Positions 30,844 to 43,717 of a stretch of 64,000 bases of DNA are shown piece after piece (within the stretch, counting starts at the first letter, position 1; every line of letters starts with the position of its first letter). The DNA comes from Phormidium sp. (GTDB lineage: Bacteria; Cyanobacteriota; Cyanobacteriia; Cyanobacteriales; Aerosakkonemataceae): contig CP143273.1 in the NCBI GenBank assembly GCA_051013385.1, positions 704,001-768,000 on the forward strand, read 5' to 3'. Below the pieces are notes generated by a model that had not been told where the DNA came from, ran no database searches, and saw only the letters and a program-made list of their open reading frames with translations. The translations under genes were made by a program, and so were the position numbers.

Positions 30844-31824
30844 CTAATGAATGTGTAATTGTTGCAGAGTATCTGAATTAATTCCCATTTCTTGAGCGTA
30901 GGGAGTGAGGAATTCAGAAGTGGGCATATTTTCGGGATTTACTGCTACTGCTTGATTTAAATTTTCTTGGTTAGCAGCAATTTGAGATTGTATCCAAGTA
31001 TCAAACTCTTCTGGTGCTTCTACGATTACTTGGGTTTTCATTGCACCATGATAAGAACCACAAAGTTCTGCACAAATTACAGGGTAAGTACCTGGTACTT
31101 TAGGTGTAAATCGTAGTTGAGTTTGTCTACCGGGAATTGCATCTTGTTTCAGGCGAAATTGAGGTACCCAAAAAGCGTGAATTACGTCATTTGCGGAAAT
31201 GTTGAGTTTGACTTCACGACCTACGGGAACGTGCAATTCGCCTGCGGTAACACCACTATCAGGGTAATTAAATAACCAAGCAAATTGCAACCCGGTGACG
31301 TTGATGATTAAATCTGGATTTTCACCTTGTTCTCCAGGGGAAGCGCCAACACCTAATGCTAATTGATTGTTGTTTGTGGGTGAGTTTGTTTCGTCGTTTA
31401 AGGTGGCTGCGATCGCTGCTCCTGGCATCTTGCTATGATGCGCCATAGTACCATGAGCCGCCATTGGATCTAAGCCACCCATCGAGTTATAAACTTCAAA
31501 ACTGTAGACTCCAACGATGAGAATAATTACTGCTGGAATGGCTGTCCAGAGAATTTCTAAAGGTACATTACCATGAACTGGTGGCCCATCTGTGGGGTCA
31601 TTGGGACGTTTCCGAAATTTGAACAGGCTGTAAATTAATACACCTTGAACTATCAGAAATAATCCTGTAGCAATGGTCATCATCATATTAAATAACCCGT
31701 CTACCAAAGGTGCTTCTTCTGACACCGCTTCTGGCAGTAAGTTATGATTTTGACCATACCAAAGACTGACAAGGGTCAGTACAATTCCGGCAATGAGTGT
31801 AGTAATGTTACTTGGGATTTTCAC
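30844..31824 (-). CDS. coxB: Cytochrome c oxidase subunit II
   Basis: DVIHAFW and CuA motif CAELCGSYHGAM; GTG start. Confidence 0.95.
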   Translation of the reverse strand: MKIPSNITTLIAGIVLTLVSLWYGQNHNLLPEAVSEEAPLVDGLFNMMMTIATGLFLIVQGVLIYSLFKFRKRPNDPTDGPPVHGNVPLEILWTAIPAVIILIVGVYSFEVYNSMGGLDPMAAHGTMAHHSKMPGAAIAATLNDETNSPTNNNQLALGVGASPGEQGENPDLIINVTGLQFAWLFNYPDSGVTAGELHVPVGREVKLNISANDVIHAFWVPQFRLKQDAIPGRQTQLRFTPKVPGTYPVICAELCGSYHGAMKTQVIVEAPEEFDTWIQSQIAANQENLNQAVAVNPENMPTSEFLTPYAQEMGINSDTLQQLHIH

Positions 31825-32076
31825 GGCTAATTATAATTGCTTGCACTACTGCTTAGTTTGTTTGATTTGCTATGAACCAAATTGAGTTTTCGGCTGCTCA
31901 AACAGTAAAACAGATCCGTCTTGATTGTAGACAAGCTATCACCTATTTCGCTATTTGGTCTTTTAACAAGGTAATGCAAGAACTATATAGATGGGGAGAA
32001 TCAAAAGGCAGATTTTTTGGCAATTCTTCCCAAAGGATGATCCAAAAATTATGTTCGTATAGTATAATTTACCGAT

Positions 32077-35000
32077 TTACCAAGGGTTGCCAATCAAAGT
32101 AAAGCCTGACCAATAATAGGGGTGTGAGAAGTTTATTTTCCCTGATTGTCTCAGTTCGGGGGGTAAAGAAATTCCTGTAGGTCCTATACCTTCTAGTTCG
32201 TTATTATCTACTACTACTTCACCCTTAATCATAGATACTTGAGCGCGTCTGAGTGCTTCGGCGCGAATGGGAGCAGTTTTTAATTGCTCATAAAATTCGG
32301 TCATTAATCCTAATGTACCTTGGTCGGATACGTACCACAAACTGGCTAAAGCTGATTGGACTCCGGCTTGAATTGCTAATCCGGCAAAACCTAATTCTAC
32401 TTGCCTGTCGCCTAATGCTGTGCGACAAGCACTTAATACTAATAATTGCACAGGTGGCTCATTCCATTTGACGTTTCTTACTTGATCTAATCCTAATCTT
32501 TCATCCCAAAATTGAATGTAAGAATTGTTGGGATTTCCTGGTCTAAATTCGGCGTGGGTGGCGAGGTGAACGATTTCAAAATTACCACTATTGCGTTGAG
32601 TGGTGAGATTATTTACGGTAAAAGCTTCGTTTAAGGAAATTCTTCCAGACCACAGTTGATTTGCAATTGTAGATAGTTCTACTGGTACTGCTGGTAAGGG
32701 AGCTTGTTCTTTAAATGTTGAGGCTCCCATTGCTAAAACTGTAGAGTTTTTCAAGTTATAAAAACGAGGATTAGTTAAGCTAAAACTCGGCATTAAGGAA
32801 ACACTATAACGTTCGACAATAAATCCTTTCCCATCATGTAAAGCTGCTAATGGTAACGATCGCAAACCTGCATCGGGAATAAAGATTAAGTTTTTAATTC
32901 CCCGTTCTTGTAATTTACTTTCAATGGGAGCAATCAATAATTTGTAGAGTTCTTGTGCTGGTGGTAAGTAACTGGTGGTATCCAATTTTGAGCGATCGGT
33001 TACTTCCATTTGCAATTGTCTAGCCAAGGAAATTATTTGTTCTTTGGTAACATTACCAATGGGAAAACGCACTGGTTCGCCTTCTGGTGTGATGAGGAAT
33101 AGTTCGACGCGATCGCTATCTTTTTCTTGACAATTTTCGGCTTGTAATTCACTATTTTGCACTCTAGTACCAGGATCGGGAGGACAGGTAACAAGTGCTT
33201 CTGCTCCCTGTTCTCCCCGTCCAAAAACTACATAAAAAATCGCCGATCTGACACCTGTTTCCTCTTGGTTCCGTCGCAGTTGCTCGCGAATTTCTTCCAC
33301 AGTTTTAATGTTATTAGTAACTGTCAAACCTAAATAAGCTGAAAATTCTTCGCTAAACTTTTCTTCTGTTACTCCTAATATAGGATCGATGGAAAGAGGA
33401 GGAACTTGAGTGACGGGAATTGTAGGTAAATCAGAAATATTTTCTTGTTGTTGAATTACCTGTTTAATTTCATTATCTATTCGAGCGCCTGGATCGCCTG
33501 GATTACCTGGATCGCCTGGATTACCTGGATCGCCTGGATCGCCTGGATCGCCTGGATTACCTGGATCGCCTGGATTACCTGGATCGCCTGGATCGCCTGG
33601 ATCGCCTTTAAAATCTTTAGTAATAATTTGAATGTTTCCTAAAGTATAGGAACCTGGAAAAGCTTGAGTAGGAGTAATAGTATCTGCTCCCGTTGTTAAA
33701 GCTCCCGCTGTTCCGTTTTTGCTAGCATCTCCCACGATAAAAGGTATTTTTAAAGAACCGCCTCCATGACGAATAATAATCGAACCATTTCCCGTTGCGC
33801 CAGCAGTAGAAATACTACTATTTACACCTTTGTTATCAATAAAAGTCGCAGTTGAACGGAATAAACTTTCTGTTGTTATGTCAACTTTCCCACCAATTCC
33901 TTGACTTCCTCCTTGAGCGTTAATAAACCCAACTTGGACATCATTTGGAGGGTCGATAAACACTGTTCCACCATCACCAATGGTAGCACTAACATCGATG
34001 TTAGCTGTGGTAATGCGATCGCCAGATTTAACAGTTACCGTACCGCCTTTTTCTACTCCCGTTGCAGTTAAATTCCCCGTAGTTACAGCTTTTGGAGTAA
34101 TTAGGGTAATAGTTCCCCCTATTCCTGCATTAGAAGCATCTAAATTGCCAGTTTCAATAATCCCATTTTGGCTATTAGCCGAAATATTTCCGCCTTTTGC
34201 AGATATATTACTAGTGCGAATATCACCAGTTGTATTTAATTCTACTCCGGCTCCGCTGGTGGTAATATTTGCTTTTAAATTAACATTACCAGTTCCCGCA
34301 TTAAACTGTAATTGTTGTGCTTGAATTGTCGAATTTGCTGTTAAATCTTTGGTGTTAGTAATTAAAATATTGCCAAGTTCTTGACCTTTACTACCAACAG
34401 CACCATTAAAGGTAACATTACCATTACCAGTTTCAGCAGACAAGGTTAAATTGTTAGCTTTCCCAACTTCGCTATCTACCGTATTACCAAAAGTAATATT
34501 GCCATTTACCGTACTAAAAACAGCATTGTCTGTGAGAATTACTGGTGCATTAATAGACAATTCACTAACAGTATTGATCCCTTGAGAAACAAAGACATTG
34601 TTAGCACTACTGATATCTAATTTACTTAAAGGTGAGTTTTTGCCAACAACTGCATTAAAGCGAATGTTTCCACTACCTGCGACTAAATTTAGCTGTTTAT
34701 TTCCATCTAAGGAACCGTTAAAAGTAATATCACCTGCTCCCAAAGCTGTATTAATAGTGATATCATTTCCTAACTGAATGGCTCTACCTAAAGTAATATT
34801 TTGGTTTTCTGCGGAAATATTAGCATTTAGATTTATTAGCGCACCATCTAAAGTAATTGAAGCATTATCTTTAGCGCTGATTGCGCCATTAACGTTAATT
34901 GTGCCACTTCCGGTGCGAATGGTGATTGGATCGTTAAATGTCACTTCTTTAACTGATACTAATCCCGTTCCATCTATACGTCCAATAACGATCGCATTAA

Positions 35001-38000
35001 AACCATTTTCTAAGTTAGCTAAAGTGCTAGCAGAGAGGTTAAACGCGCCAGGAATAGGATCGGCGATCGCAACCGTTTGATTAGCATCTGCTGGTTCTAA
35101 AATTAAATTACCACTACCAGTAGCTTTTCCACCAAAAATAATTTCTCCTGCTCTTAAAGTGAGCGAGTTAGTACCAGAAAATAAGCCGGAGTAGAATGCG
35201 ATCGCACCTGTACCCGGATTAAATTTTGTCTCACCTATTAAAGTTACAAAACTATTAAATCTGATATCATCATTAGTAGTAGTAATACTTCCCGAAGTAA
35301 ATACTTCCCCAGTTCCTATTTGATTAAACGCACCATCTAAATTAATAACAAATTTAAGGTTTAACCCGCCACTATTATTAATAGTAAAACTCCCATTATT
35401 AGTGGTAGTAATCCCCCCATTTAAATTCAAAATATTACCATTTAAGTTAATACCTTGGTGACTATTAGTATCTAAAACGCCTAAATTAGTCACTCCAGTT
35501 CCCGCTTTTTGGGTGATACTTGCTGCGGTTATTGATGTGCCATTAACATCAGTGGCACTTTCAATAATTAAATTCCCAATTCGCGTATTACTGCCAACCG
35601 CACCGCCTAAATTAATCTTCCCAATTCCAGCATTTAAAGTTAAATTTGCTCCCCCATCTACCGCACTATTAAAAGTAATATCGCCAATCCCTGCACCTGT
35701 ATCTAAAGAAGTATCTCCCAGCAGAGTTACCGCACTTTTGAAACTGATTTCATCGTCGGTAGTCGTCAGTTTTCCTGCTAAAGAAACTACTCCTTCCCCA
35801 ACTTGCTTAAATGCTCCATCTAATTTAAAAATTTCCGCATCCAAAGTCAAAGGACTGGCATTACTAATCGTAAATCCGCCATTATTAGTAGTTGTGACTT
35901 TACCGTTAAATACAAAACTATTCCCTGTGAGGTTTATTCCTGTTTCGCTATTGGTGTTTAAATCTCCTAAAGTTGTTACTCCAGTTCCCGCTTTTTGGGT
36001 GATACTTGCTGCGGTTATTGATGTGCCATTAACATCAGTGGCACTTTCAATAATTAAATTCCCAATTCGCGTATTACTGCCAACCGCACCGCCTAAATTA
36101 ATCTTCCCAATTCCAGCATTTAAAGTTAAATTTGCTCCCCCATCTACCGCACTATTAAAAGTAATATCGCCAATCCCTGCACCTGTATCTAAAGAAGTAT
36201 CTCCCAGCAGAGTTACCGCACTTTTGAAACTGATTTCATCGTCGGTAGTCGTCAGTTTTCCTGCTAAAGAAACTACTCCTTCCCCAACTTGCTTAAATGC
36301 TCCATCTAATTTAAAAATTTCCGCATCTAAAGTCAAAGGACTGGCATTACTAATCGTAAATCCGCCATTATTAGTAGTTGTGACTTTACCGTTAAATACA
36401 AAACTATTCCCTGTGAGGTTTATTCCTGTTTCGCTATTGGTGTTTAAATCTCCTAAAGTTGTTACTCCAGTTCCCGCTTTTTGGGTGATACTTGCTGCGG
36501 TTATTGATGTGCCATTAACATCAGTGGCACTTTCAATAATTAAATTCCCAATTCGCGTATTACTGCCAACCGCACCGCCTAAATTAATCTTCCCAATTCC
36601 AGCATTTAAAGTTAAATTTGCTCCCCCATCTACCGCACTATTAAAAGTAATATCGCCAATCCCTGCACCTGTATCTAAAGAAGTATCTCCCAGCAGAGTT
36701 ACCGCACTTTTGAAACTGATTTCATCGTCGGTAGTCGTCAGTTTTCCTGCTAAAGAAACTACTCCTTCCCCAACTTGCTTAAATGCTCCATCTAATTTAA
36801 AAATTTCCGCATCCAAAGTCAAAGGACTGGCATTACTAATCGTAAATCCGCCATTATTAGTAGTTGTGACTTTACCGTTAAATACAAAACTATTCCCTGT
36901 GAGGTTTATTCCTGTTTCGCTATTGGTGTTTAAATCTCCTAAAGTTGTTACTCCAGTTCCCGCTTTTTGGGTGATGCTTGCTGCGGTTATTGATTTGGCA
37001 GTAACGTTTTTAGCACTATTAATAATTAAATCATTCAAAGGAATTGAACTTCCTACTGCACCATTTAAATTAATATCTCCCGTACCTGTTTCTAAAGTGA
37101 GTTTTTGATTACCATCAATTGTGCCATCAACAGAAATATTACCACCAGCTTTTACATCTGTGCTGAGAGTGACATTTTTGCCTAATAAAACGCTACCTTG
37201 AAGGTTAATATCTTGCTCAGTAGTGGTAATATCTGCGTTTAAATTAGTTTTTCCACTTAAAGTAATGGAAGCGTCATCTGTTCCCTTAATTGCACCATTG
37301 ACGATAATTTGACCATTAGGAGATTGAATAGTTACTGGGTCGCTAAATGCGATCGCATTTGGTATACTAACTACACCACTACCCTGTTCAGCACCAACAA
37401 TAATCGCAGCAAAACCTTCTGCAAAAACATTAAAATTAACAGTAGAAACATCTAAATTTTGGCTAGCTGTGAAAGGTTGAAGCAGTAACTTACCCTTACC
37501 TTGAATAGAATTTGCTTCTCCCGTAAAACTAATTTTATCGCTAGTTAAACTAATATTTCCGGTATTTGATAAACCATTAGCATTAATTTTCCCAACCGTA
37601 ACACCATTAGGTGCGCTTAAGCTAACATCTCCCGCAATACCACCTACAGAACTAGTATCCAAAATTCCCGCCGAAGTATCAATTAATCCAGCATTACTGG
37701 TGCCAAGAATATCGCCACCTTTACCAGCACCACCTGTTTTAGAAATAATATCTTTAGTAGTAATGTTACCATTAGCCTTGAGCGTAACTGCACCACCATT
37801 GCCTAAAGCAGAGTTAGAATTTAGAGAACCTTTTGTTGTAGTAATAGCACCATCGCTGCTAGTAATACTAATAATTCCACTATCATTACTACTTTCTCGC
37901 GCACGGGAATTAATCGTCCCAGTGGTAATATCTCCTAAAGCTTTTAAAGTCACATTACCACCCTTACCATTGGCAGAGTCGGCATCCAAAATTCCCAAAG

Positions 38001-41000
38001 AAGTGTCAATTTTTCCTAATGAACTTATTAAGGTAATATCGCCGCCTTTGCCACTAACATCAGAATCAGCAGATAAAGTTTTAGTAGTAATGTTACCTTG
38101 TGCTTCAAAGCGAATTGCACCGCCATCACCAGCACTAGTAAAACCAGAACGTACATCGCCAGCAGTAGAATCAATTGCTCCTGTTTTACTAATTAAAGTA
38201 ATGTCCCCTCCATTACCACCTGTGTTAGAAGTATATGACCAAACTTGAGCAACGGTGATATTACCATTAGCGTTGAGTGTAATTGGACTTCCATTTCCAG
38301 TAATAGATGTAGCATCTAAAGTGCCTAATTGAGTGTTAATTGCTCCATTAGTGCTAGTAATAGTAATTCCTTTCGGTGCGGTAATATTACCAGTATTAAT
38401 ATCTTGATTCCCTAGTAAAGTTACACTAGCATCATCTTTGCCAGCAATACTAAATCCTGTGGTTTTGATATTTCCTGCACCAACTGGAGATTGCAAAGTT
38501 ATAGGATCATTAAAAGTTACATTCCCTTCAACATTAATAGCACCTGCGCTATTATTCCCTCCAATAATGATTTGCGAAAAACCATTTTGTATAGTGGCAA
38601 GTTCATTATCATTAAGATTCAATCTGGCATCTTCAATTTTGCCGCCAACAGAAATACCTAGACTGGGAGTAAGCGGTTGTAATTGTAGGATATTCTTGCC
38701 ACTAATTTTAGTAGTACCAATTAAATCAATTTCATCTGCCGTGAAAATAACATTACCAACATCTGTAGCGTTTGATTTAACAACACTGTCATTAATACTA
38801 ATTCCGGCAGCATTATTAGTACCTGTACCCGTTAAGCTAATATCCCCAGTTTTAGTTACTTCTAATAAAGCTCCCTTATCAGTGCGAATTCCATTTTGTC
38901 CAGTTCCACTTCCAGTTCCACCTTTACCAATGAAACTAATACCATTTGCTGAACGGATAATACTAGAATCAAAAATTCCTATTCCGTAATTGTTATCAGT
39001 TCCATTACCACCAATGCCATTAAAGGTTATCGTTCCTATTCCCTTTGTTTCTAATAACGTACCATTGCCATCAAATTGAACGCCTATATTTGAATTCCCA
39101 GTTCCATTACCACCTTTTCCAGAAACTTTAATATCACCATTGTTTGTGCTAATACTAGGACTTACACCACCATTGGGGCCAATTACTACTCCGGCATTGA
39201 AATTTATGCCACTTCCACCAGTACCATCTATAGTTATTCCGCCTGTCCCAGTTGCTTCTAATACCGCACCATTGAGATGTCGAATTCCAATGTTAGAATT
39301 GCCTCTTCCATCGCCAGCAACACCTATCAGCTGAATATTTCCATCCTGTGAACTGACTTTAGAACCAACATCACTGATTATTATCCCACCATTGAAACCA
39401 TCAGCATTTCCACCTTTGCCATTGATGGTAATATTTCCTGCTCCTATGGCTTTTACAACACCACTTTCAACAACTCGAACACCATTATTATCATTTCCTG
39501 TTCCATTTCCACCAGTACCTTTAATACTAATACTGCCATCATTGGCATTCACCAGAGAATTTACACCAGTGATATTTACTCCCGAATTGAAATCTATTCC
39601 ATTTCCACCCGTGCCATTGAGGTCAATTTTTCCAGTGCCAATGCTTTCTACCACACCGCCCAAGTCAAGCACAATACCATAATTTTGATTTCCGGTTCCA
39701 TTTCCACCACCAGTGCCAGTAATAGTAAGCTCACCATTATTGGCACTAACTTTAGAACCTGCACCACTAATAAATACCCCAGTATTGGAATCTTTTCCAT
39801 TTCCACCAGTTCCAGTTAAGGTAATTGTTCCTGTGCCAATGCTTTCTACCACGCCGCCCAAGTCAAGCACAATACCACGATTTTGATTTCCGGTTCCATT
39901 TCCAGCTTTTCCAGTAATAGTAAGCTCACCATTATTGGCACTAACTTTAGAACCTGCACCACTAATAAATACCCCATTATTTTCATCTATTCCATTTCCA
40001 CCCGTGCCATTGAGGTCAATTTTTCCAGTGCCAATGCTTTCTACCACGCCGCCGTTTTGAACATTAATACCAGAATTTTGATTTCCGGTTCCATTTCCAC
40101 CACCAGTGCCAGTAATAGTAAGCTCACCATTATTGGCACTAACTTTAGAACCTGCACCAATAATCAATACCCCAAGATTGGAATCTATTCCATTTCCACC
40201 AGTACCATTGAGGTTAATTTTTCCAGTGCCAATGCTTTCTACCACACCGCCGTTTTGAACCTCAATACCACGATTTAGATTTCCGGTTCCATTTCCAGCT
40301 TTTCCAGTAATAGTAATATCACCATTATTGGTACTAACTTTAGAGCCTGCACCAGCAATAATTACCCCAAGATTTCCATCTATTCCATTTCCACCAGTAC
40401 CATCGAGGGTAATTTGTCCAGCGCCAGTACTTTCTACTACAGCGCCGTCTTGAAGTACAATACCATAATTGTTATTTCCTTCTCCATTTCCACCAGTACC
40501 AGTACCAGTAATAGTAATAGCACCATTGTTGGCACTAATTTTAGAACCTGAACCGCTAATAAATACGCCTGAACTGGAATCTCTTCCATTTCCAGCAGTG
40601 CCATTGAGGGTAATATTTCCTGCATCTTGAGTTTGCAGAGAACTGTTTAACAAAGAAATTCCATCATAACCAGTACCTTGAATAAGATAACCAGTTCCTG
40701 TCAGCTGAATATTCCCGCCTTGAGCATCAATAGTGCTGTTTTGCAGGCTAACGGCATCACTGAAATAGCCTGTGCCAGTTCCGGTAAAATTGCCTCCGCC
40801 TGTCTTAATCGTGGCATCTTTGATAACTAGTTCACCGCCAAAGTTATTATCAACGTTAGCACTAAGAGTTACTGCTCCTCCGTTAGTTGTAATGTTTTTA
40901 TTAACTCGAATATCGTTTTTAGCTTCGGCTGTAATTCCTACACCTTTGGCAGTAATATTAATGGGTGCATCAAAAATAATGTTACTGGTGGCTTGCAGGG

Positions 41001-43263
41001 TGACATTAGTAGCGGCATCATTAATTAATCCTACATCAATAGTAGCTGGTTCTGGCGGTGGGTCTTCCTCGTCAAATTCGTCTACTTGATTTAATTTACT
41101 AACAGTTCCCTGGCCCTCTTGAATTATTATATTATCTGGGTCAAGTAACAGCATTCCTGGATTGCCATTAGTTGCCAGGGTATTAACTTTTCCTTGAAAG
41201 TCTAAAAACTCTTTTCCTGATACTTCTACAAAACCACCATTGCCGGAATTAGTGCCACCTTTGGCGCTGATGCTGCCATAAAATCTTGTTGTTTTATCAG
41301 ACCAAACAATTACTTCTCCGCCATTTCCGTTAATCAAACTATCAGCAGAAATAGTTGCATCTTTACTGACAAAGGTGAGGGAAGCATTCGGCAATGTTCC
41401 TTTGCCTTGGTAATCTCCACCAATGCGGATATTGCCACCGTCTTTAGTTCCTGATGCGTTAATGTTGGCGTTAATTACACCAACTTTGTTTGCCAAAATA
41501 TTGATGTTACCGCCTGTTTGTCCGGCGACATTTATTTGACCGGATGCTATTGTTGTATTTCCGGTGGTGGGAATGCGAATTCCTGAGCCTGTTATTTCTA
41601 CTGTACCATCTTGGTTAACAGTAACTCCGGTTGCGTTTCCGCCTGTGCCGCCAGTTAACATTTGTGGTAGGCTGGCGATCGGTAAATTAAAATCATTAGG
41701 TTGAGTTAAATTATTCCCGATTGGTTGAACTTCTAAACTCAACAAAAATCCGGGTTGCGAAAGTCTGACTAAACTACTACCAGGAACGGCGGCAATGGTA
41801 ATATTTCCTTGGGGTGCTGTTAAAGTTCCAGTGTTAATAACTGTTCCGGCTAATAAGTTTAAATCTTGACCTAATCCTACGGCTAAATCCCCGGAATTAA
41901 TAATTGCTCCCGGTTGTTGCATGGTGAAAGCAAAGGCATTAGGATCGCCTACTAATGAGGCATAATTATTGTTACCTGTGGCGTTAAACCAATTATTACC
42001 AAAACCTATGCCATTAGCGGTAGTTGCGGTGAAAGCAGCCGGAACATTTAGTCTGGCATTTTGCCCAAAGACAATTCCTGAAGGATTCATTAAAAACAGG
42101 TTGGAATTTCCGCCTGTTACTTGAATTAAACCGTTTATATAAGAAATTTCTCCGCCGTTGATTCTAGCTAAAATATTCCGAATGTTTGGTTGAGATAAAA
42201 AGTTGGCTATTTGTTGGTTGTCTAACCCAAATCTAGTAAAAGTATGGAATAAATTTGCACCATCGCTCGACCTTTGTCCGCCTGTAATGTCAAAGCGGTT
42301 TCCTTGGGGATTAACTATGGTATTTGTGCCGTCATTAGCGGGAACTATTGGTTGAGTAAATCCGGGATTTACATTTAAAAATGTCAGGGAGGAAAGGAAA
42401 AATGAGGCGGCAATAGTTTTTTCTATTTTCTTGCTAATCGGGATGATATTAGAGTGTTGATTAGTTAATTTTCTCGGGTATTTTTGCGGTTTATTTATTA
42501 AGGTAAATAGCGGTTGAATTTGCCCATTTATTTGCTTTAGTTGTAAATCGATGAAAAAGCGATCGCTCATTCCCCGCCTTTCTAGCGCTCTTATCATGAT
42601 TTTGTGCGAGTAATTTATTACTTCTAATTGCTTGGCAGAAGTAATACTTTCAGCATGATGGCGATAATAATAAAGCGGTTTATTTAAATGCTTGACTTCC
42701 GCAACTTCTGATAACCTTACACACAAATCATAATCGGAAATATACTGAATTTCTTCGTCAATTCCTCCGGCTACTTCAAAAGCTGAACGGCGAATTAATC
42801 GGAAATGAAATGTCATGAATTGCAGCAAAAGTTGCTCTTTTGAGTAAGGAACACTGCAACGCTGTCCATAACCGATAATTTCACCTGTTTTAGAAATATC
42901 TATATAATCTGTATAAACAAAGCCTACTTCTGGATGAGCATCCAGTATTGCACCTGTTTCTTCAATTGCTGTTGGTGCTAGCAAATCATCGCTATCTACC
43001 CACCCGAAATAAGTCCCGGTAATTTCTGCCATAGCTGCTTTTCTGGCGGGAGTTTCTCCGCGATGTTCGGCAGCTATTACTCTGATTCGGCGATCGTTTT
43101 TTGCATAATTTTGGGCAATTTCTACAGAATTATCCGTAGAACCATCGTCCCAAATTAATAACTCGAAGTCATGCTTAGTTTGTGCTAAAACACTTTCAAT
43201 AGCAGCACTTAAATAATCTTCCCGGTTGTAGGTGATTATGACTAGAGAAATTGTGGCTGACAT
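32077..43263 (-). CDS. Giant GT2 glycosyltransferase / filamentous-haemagglutinin (TPS) / CHAT protease fusion
   Basis: GT2 (ITYNR, WDDGSTD, VDSDD), internal signal-like segment, TPS domain (NLFHTF, NPSGI), beta-helical repeats, CHAT with HLATHA and LSAC. Confidence 0.88.
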   Translation of the reverse strand: MSATISLVIITYNREDYLSAAIESVLAQTKHDFELLIWDDGSTDNSVEIAQNYAKNDRRIRVIAAEHRGETPARKAAMAEITGTYFGWVDSDDLLAPTAIEETGAILDAHPEVGFVYTDYIDISKTGEIIGYGQRCSVPYSKEQLLLQFMTFHFRLIRRSAFEVAGGIDEEIQYISDYDLCVRLSEVAEVKHLNKPLYYYRHHAESITSAKQLEVINYSHKIMIRALERRGMSDRFFIDLQLKQINGQIQPLFTLINKPQKYPRKLTNQHSNIIPISKKIEKTIAASFFLSSLTFLNVNPGFTQPIVPANDGTNTIVNPQGNRFDITGGQRSSDGANLFHTFTRFGLDNQQIANFLSQPNIRNILARINGGEISYINGLIQVTGGNSNLFLMNPSGIVFGQNARLNVPAAFTATTANGIGFGNNWFNATGNNNYASLVGDPNAFAFTMQQPGAIINSGDLAVGLGQDLNLLAGTVINTGTLTAPQGNITIAAVPGSSLVRLSQPGFLLSLEVQPIGNNLTQPNDFNLPIASLPQMLTGGTGGNATGVTVNQDGTVEITGSGIRIPTTGNTTIASGQINVAGQTGGNINILANKVGVINANINASGTKDGGNIRIGGDYQGKGTLPNASLTFVSKDATISADSLINGNGGEVIVWSDKTTRFYGSISAKGGTNSGNGGFVEVSGKEFLDFQGKVNTLATNGNPGMLLLDPDNIIIQEGQGTVSKLNQVDEFDEEDPPPEPATIDVGLINDAATNVTLQATSNIIFDAPINITAKGVGITAEAKNDIRVNKNITTNGGAVTLSANVDNNFGGELVIKDATIKTGGGNFTGTGTGYFSDAVSLQNSTIDAQGGNIQLTGTGYLIQGTGYDGISLLNSSLQTQDAGNITLNGTAGNGRDSSSGVFISGSGSKISANNGAITITGTGTGGNGEGNNNYGIVLQDGAVVESTGAGQITLDGTGGNGIDGNLGVIIAGAGSKVSTNNGDITITGKAGNGTGNLNRGIEVQNGGVVESIGTGKINLNGTGGNGIDSNLGVLIIGAGSKVSANNGELTITGTGGGNGTGNQNSGINVQNGGVVESIGTGKIDLNGTGGNGIDENNGVFISGAGSKVSANNGELTITGKAGNGTGNQNRGIVLDLGGVVESIGTGTITLTGTGGNGKDSNTGVFISGAGSKVSANNGELTITGTGGGNGTGNQNYGIVLDLGGVVESIGTGKIDLNGTGGNGIDFNSGVNITGVNSLVNANDGSISIKGTGGNGTGNDNNGVRVVESGVVKAIGAGNITINGKGGNADGFNGGIIISDVGSKVSSQDGNIQLIGVAGDGRGNSNIGIRHLNGAVLEATGTGGITIDGTGGSGINFNAGVVIGPNGGVSPSISTNNGDIKVSGKGGNGTGNSNIGVQFDGNGTLLETKGIGTITFNGIGGNGTDNNYGIGIFDSSIIRSANGISFIGKGGTGSGTGQNGIRTDKGALLEVTKTGDISLTGTGTNNAAGISINDSVVKSNATDVGNVIFTADEIDLIGTTKISGKNILQLQPLTPSLGISVGGKIEDARLNLNDNELATIQNGFSQIIIGGNNSAGAINVEGNVTFNDPITLQSPVGAGNIKTTGFSIAGKDDASVTLLGNQDINTGNITAPKGITITSTNGAINTQLGTLDATSITGNGSPITLNANGNITVAQVWSYTSNTGGNGGDITLISKTGAIDSTAGDVRSGFTSAGDGGAIRFEAQGNITTKTLSADSDVSGKGGDITLISSLGKIDTSLGILDADSANGKGGNVTLKALGDITTGTINSRARESSNDSGIISITSSDGAITTTKGSLNSNSALGNGGAVTLKANGNITTKDIISKTGGAGKGGDILGTSNAGLIDTSAGILDTSSVGGIAGDVSLSAPNGVTVGKINANGLSNTGNISLTSDKISFTGEANSIQGKGKLLLQPFTASQNLDVSTVNFNVFAEGFAAIIVGAEQGSGVVSIPNAIAFSDPVTIQSPNGQIIVNGAIKGTDDASITLSGKTNLNADITTTEQDINLQGSVLLGKNVTLSTDVKAGGNISVDGTIDGNQKLTLETGTGDINLNGAVGSSIPLNDLIINSAKNVTAKSITAASITQKAGTGVTTLGDLNTNSETGINLTGNSFVFNGKVTTTNNGGFTISNASPLTLDAEIFKLDGAFKQVGEGVVSLAGKLTTTDDEISFKSAVTLLGDTSLDTGAGIGDITFNSAVDGGANLTLNAGIGKINLGGAVGSNTRIGNLIIESATDVNGTSITAASITQKAGTGVTTLGDLNTNSETGINLTGNSFVFNGKVTTTNNGGFTISNASPLTLDAEIFKLDGAFKQVGEGVVSLAGKLTTTDDEISFKSAVTLLGDTSLDTGAGIGDITFNSAVDGGANLTLNAGIGKINLGGAVGSNTRIGNLIIESATDVNGTSITAASITQKAGTGVTTLGDLNTNSETGINLTGNSFVFNGKVTTTNNGGFTISNASPLTLDAEIFKLDGAFKQVGEGVVSLAGKLTTTDDEISFKSAVTLLGDTSLDTGAGIGDITFNSAVDGGANLTLNAGIGKINLGGAVGSNTRIGNLIIESATDVNGTSITAASITQKAGTGVTNLGVLDTNSHQGINLNGNILNLNGGITTTNNGSFTINNSGGLNLKFVINLDGAFNQIGTGEVFTSGSITTTNDDIRFNSFVTLIGETKFNPGTGAIAFYSGLFSGTNSLTLRAGEIIFGGKATGSGNLILEPADANQTVAIADPIPGAFNLSASTLANLENGFNAIVIGRIDGTGLVSVKEVTFNDPITIRTGSGTINVNGAISAKDNASITLDGALINLNANISAENQNITLGRAIQLGNDITINTALGAGDITFNGSLDGNKQLNLVAGSGNIRFNAVVGKNSPLSKLDISSANNVFVSQGINTVSELSINAPVILTDNAVFSTVNGNITFGNTVDSEVGKANNLTLSAETGNGNVTFNGAVGSKGQELGNILITNTKDLTANSTIQAQQLQFNAGTGNVNLKANITTSGAGVELNTTGDIRTSNISAKGGNISANSQNGIIETGNLDASNAGIGGTITLITPKAVTTGNLTATGVEKGGTVTVKSGDRITTANIDVSATIGDGGTVFIDPPNDVQVGFINAQGGSQGIGGKVDITTESLFRSTATFIDNKGVNSSISTAGATGNGSIIIRHGGGSLKIPFIVGDASKNGTAGALTTGADTITPTQAFPGSYTLGNIQIITKDFKGDPGDPGDPGNPGDPGNPGDPGDPGDPGNPGDPGNPGDPGARIDNEIKQVIQQQENISDLPTIPVTQVPPLSIDPILGVTEEKFSEEFSAYLGLTVTNNIKTVEEIREQLRRNQEETGVRSAIFYVVFGRGEQGAEALVTCPPDPGTRVQNSELQAENCQEKDSDRVELFLITPEGEPVRFPIGNVTKEQIISLARQLQMEVTDRSKLDTTSYLPPAQELYKLLIAPIESKLQERGIKNLIFIPDAGLRSLPLAALHDGKGFIVERYSVSLMPSFSLTNPRFYNLKNSTVLAMGASTFKEQAPLPAVPVELSTIANQLWSGRISLNEAFTVNNLTTQRNSGNFEIVHLATHAEFRPGNPNNSYIQFWDERLGLDQVRNVKWNEPPVQLLVLSACRTALGDRQVELGFAGLAIQAGVQSALASLWYVSDQGTLGLMTEFYEQLKTAPIRAEALRRAQVSMIKGEVVVDNNELEGIGPTGISLPPELRQSGKINFSHPYYWSGFTLIGNPW
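33488..33607 (-). repeat. 9-bp tandem repeat encoding collagen-like (G-D/N-P)13
   Basis: CCTGGATCG/CCTGGATTA units with a 54-bp higher-order period. Confidence 0.92.
35492..36993 (-). repeat. Three near-identical 486-bp (162-aa) tandem repeats
   Basis: Anchor CCAGTTCCCGCTTTTTGGGTGAT at 35495, 35981, 36467, 36953. Confidence 0.92.
39540..40620 (-). repeat. Degenerate ~60-aa Gly/Asn-rich repeats (GTGGNG...SKVSANNG)
   Basis: Repeated [19 protein letters not shown] units in the translation. Confidence 0.8.
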
Positions 43264-43627
43264 GGCAGTATTAATTATTCTGTAAATTTGTGAAAAATAA
43301 TTACATTTATGTTGCTCAAAAGTTATGACGCAAGCAGTTATTTACTTCAAGAAGCAATGTATTTTCGCTCAATGATTTTTACTTACCAGCTGGGTAGAAC
43401 GATTTTAACAAGTAAACTAAAAAATTATTTTACCAGTTTACAGGAGTTAAGAAATTTTAACCTTTCTGGGGTGAAAGCTTTGCTAGAAGATATTCTACAG
43501 TGTTATGCGCCAATTAAACATTTATTCCTGATTTTCCCTATTAACTTCTGTATATTAAATATCTTGGTTGATAATCCTAAACTTCAGATCGATCGCATCA
43601 CCAGTTAATCGCGATCGTTAAGTACGT

Positions 43628-43696
43628 TGTAGGGTGCGTCAGAACCTTAAAATTATTGTAACTTGCCTAAAATTATAATTTCTGACGCACCCTACA
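43628..43696. repeat. GTAG-family REP-like inverted repeat
   Basis: TGTAGGGTGCGTCAGAA ... TTCTGACGCACCCTACA; relatives near 28971-29037, 53727-53763, 55835-55859, 59090-59155. Confidence 0.8.
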
Positions 43697-43717
43697 GAAT
43701 ATAACTAAGAACTTGCG

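Noticed and set aside
35513..41089. Long plus-strand ORFs (e.g. 531 aa at 35513-37108)
   Set aside because: Antisense shadows of the repetitive giant gene
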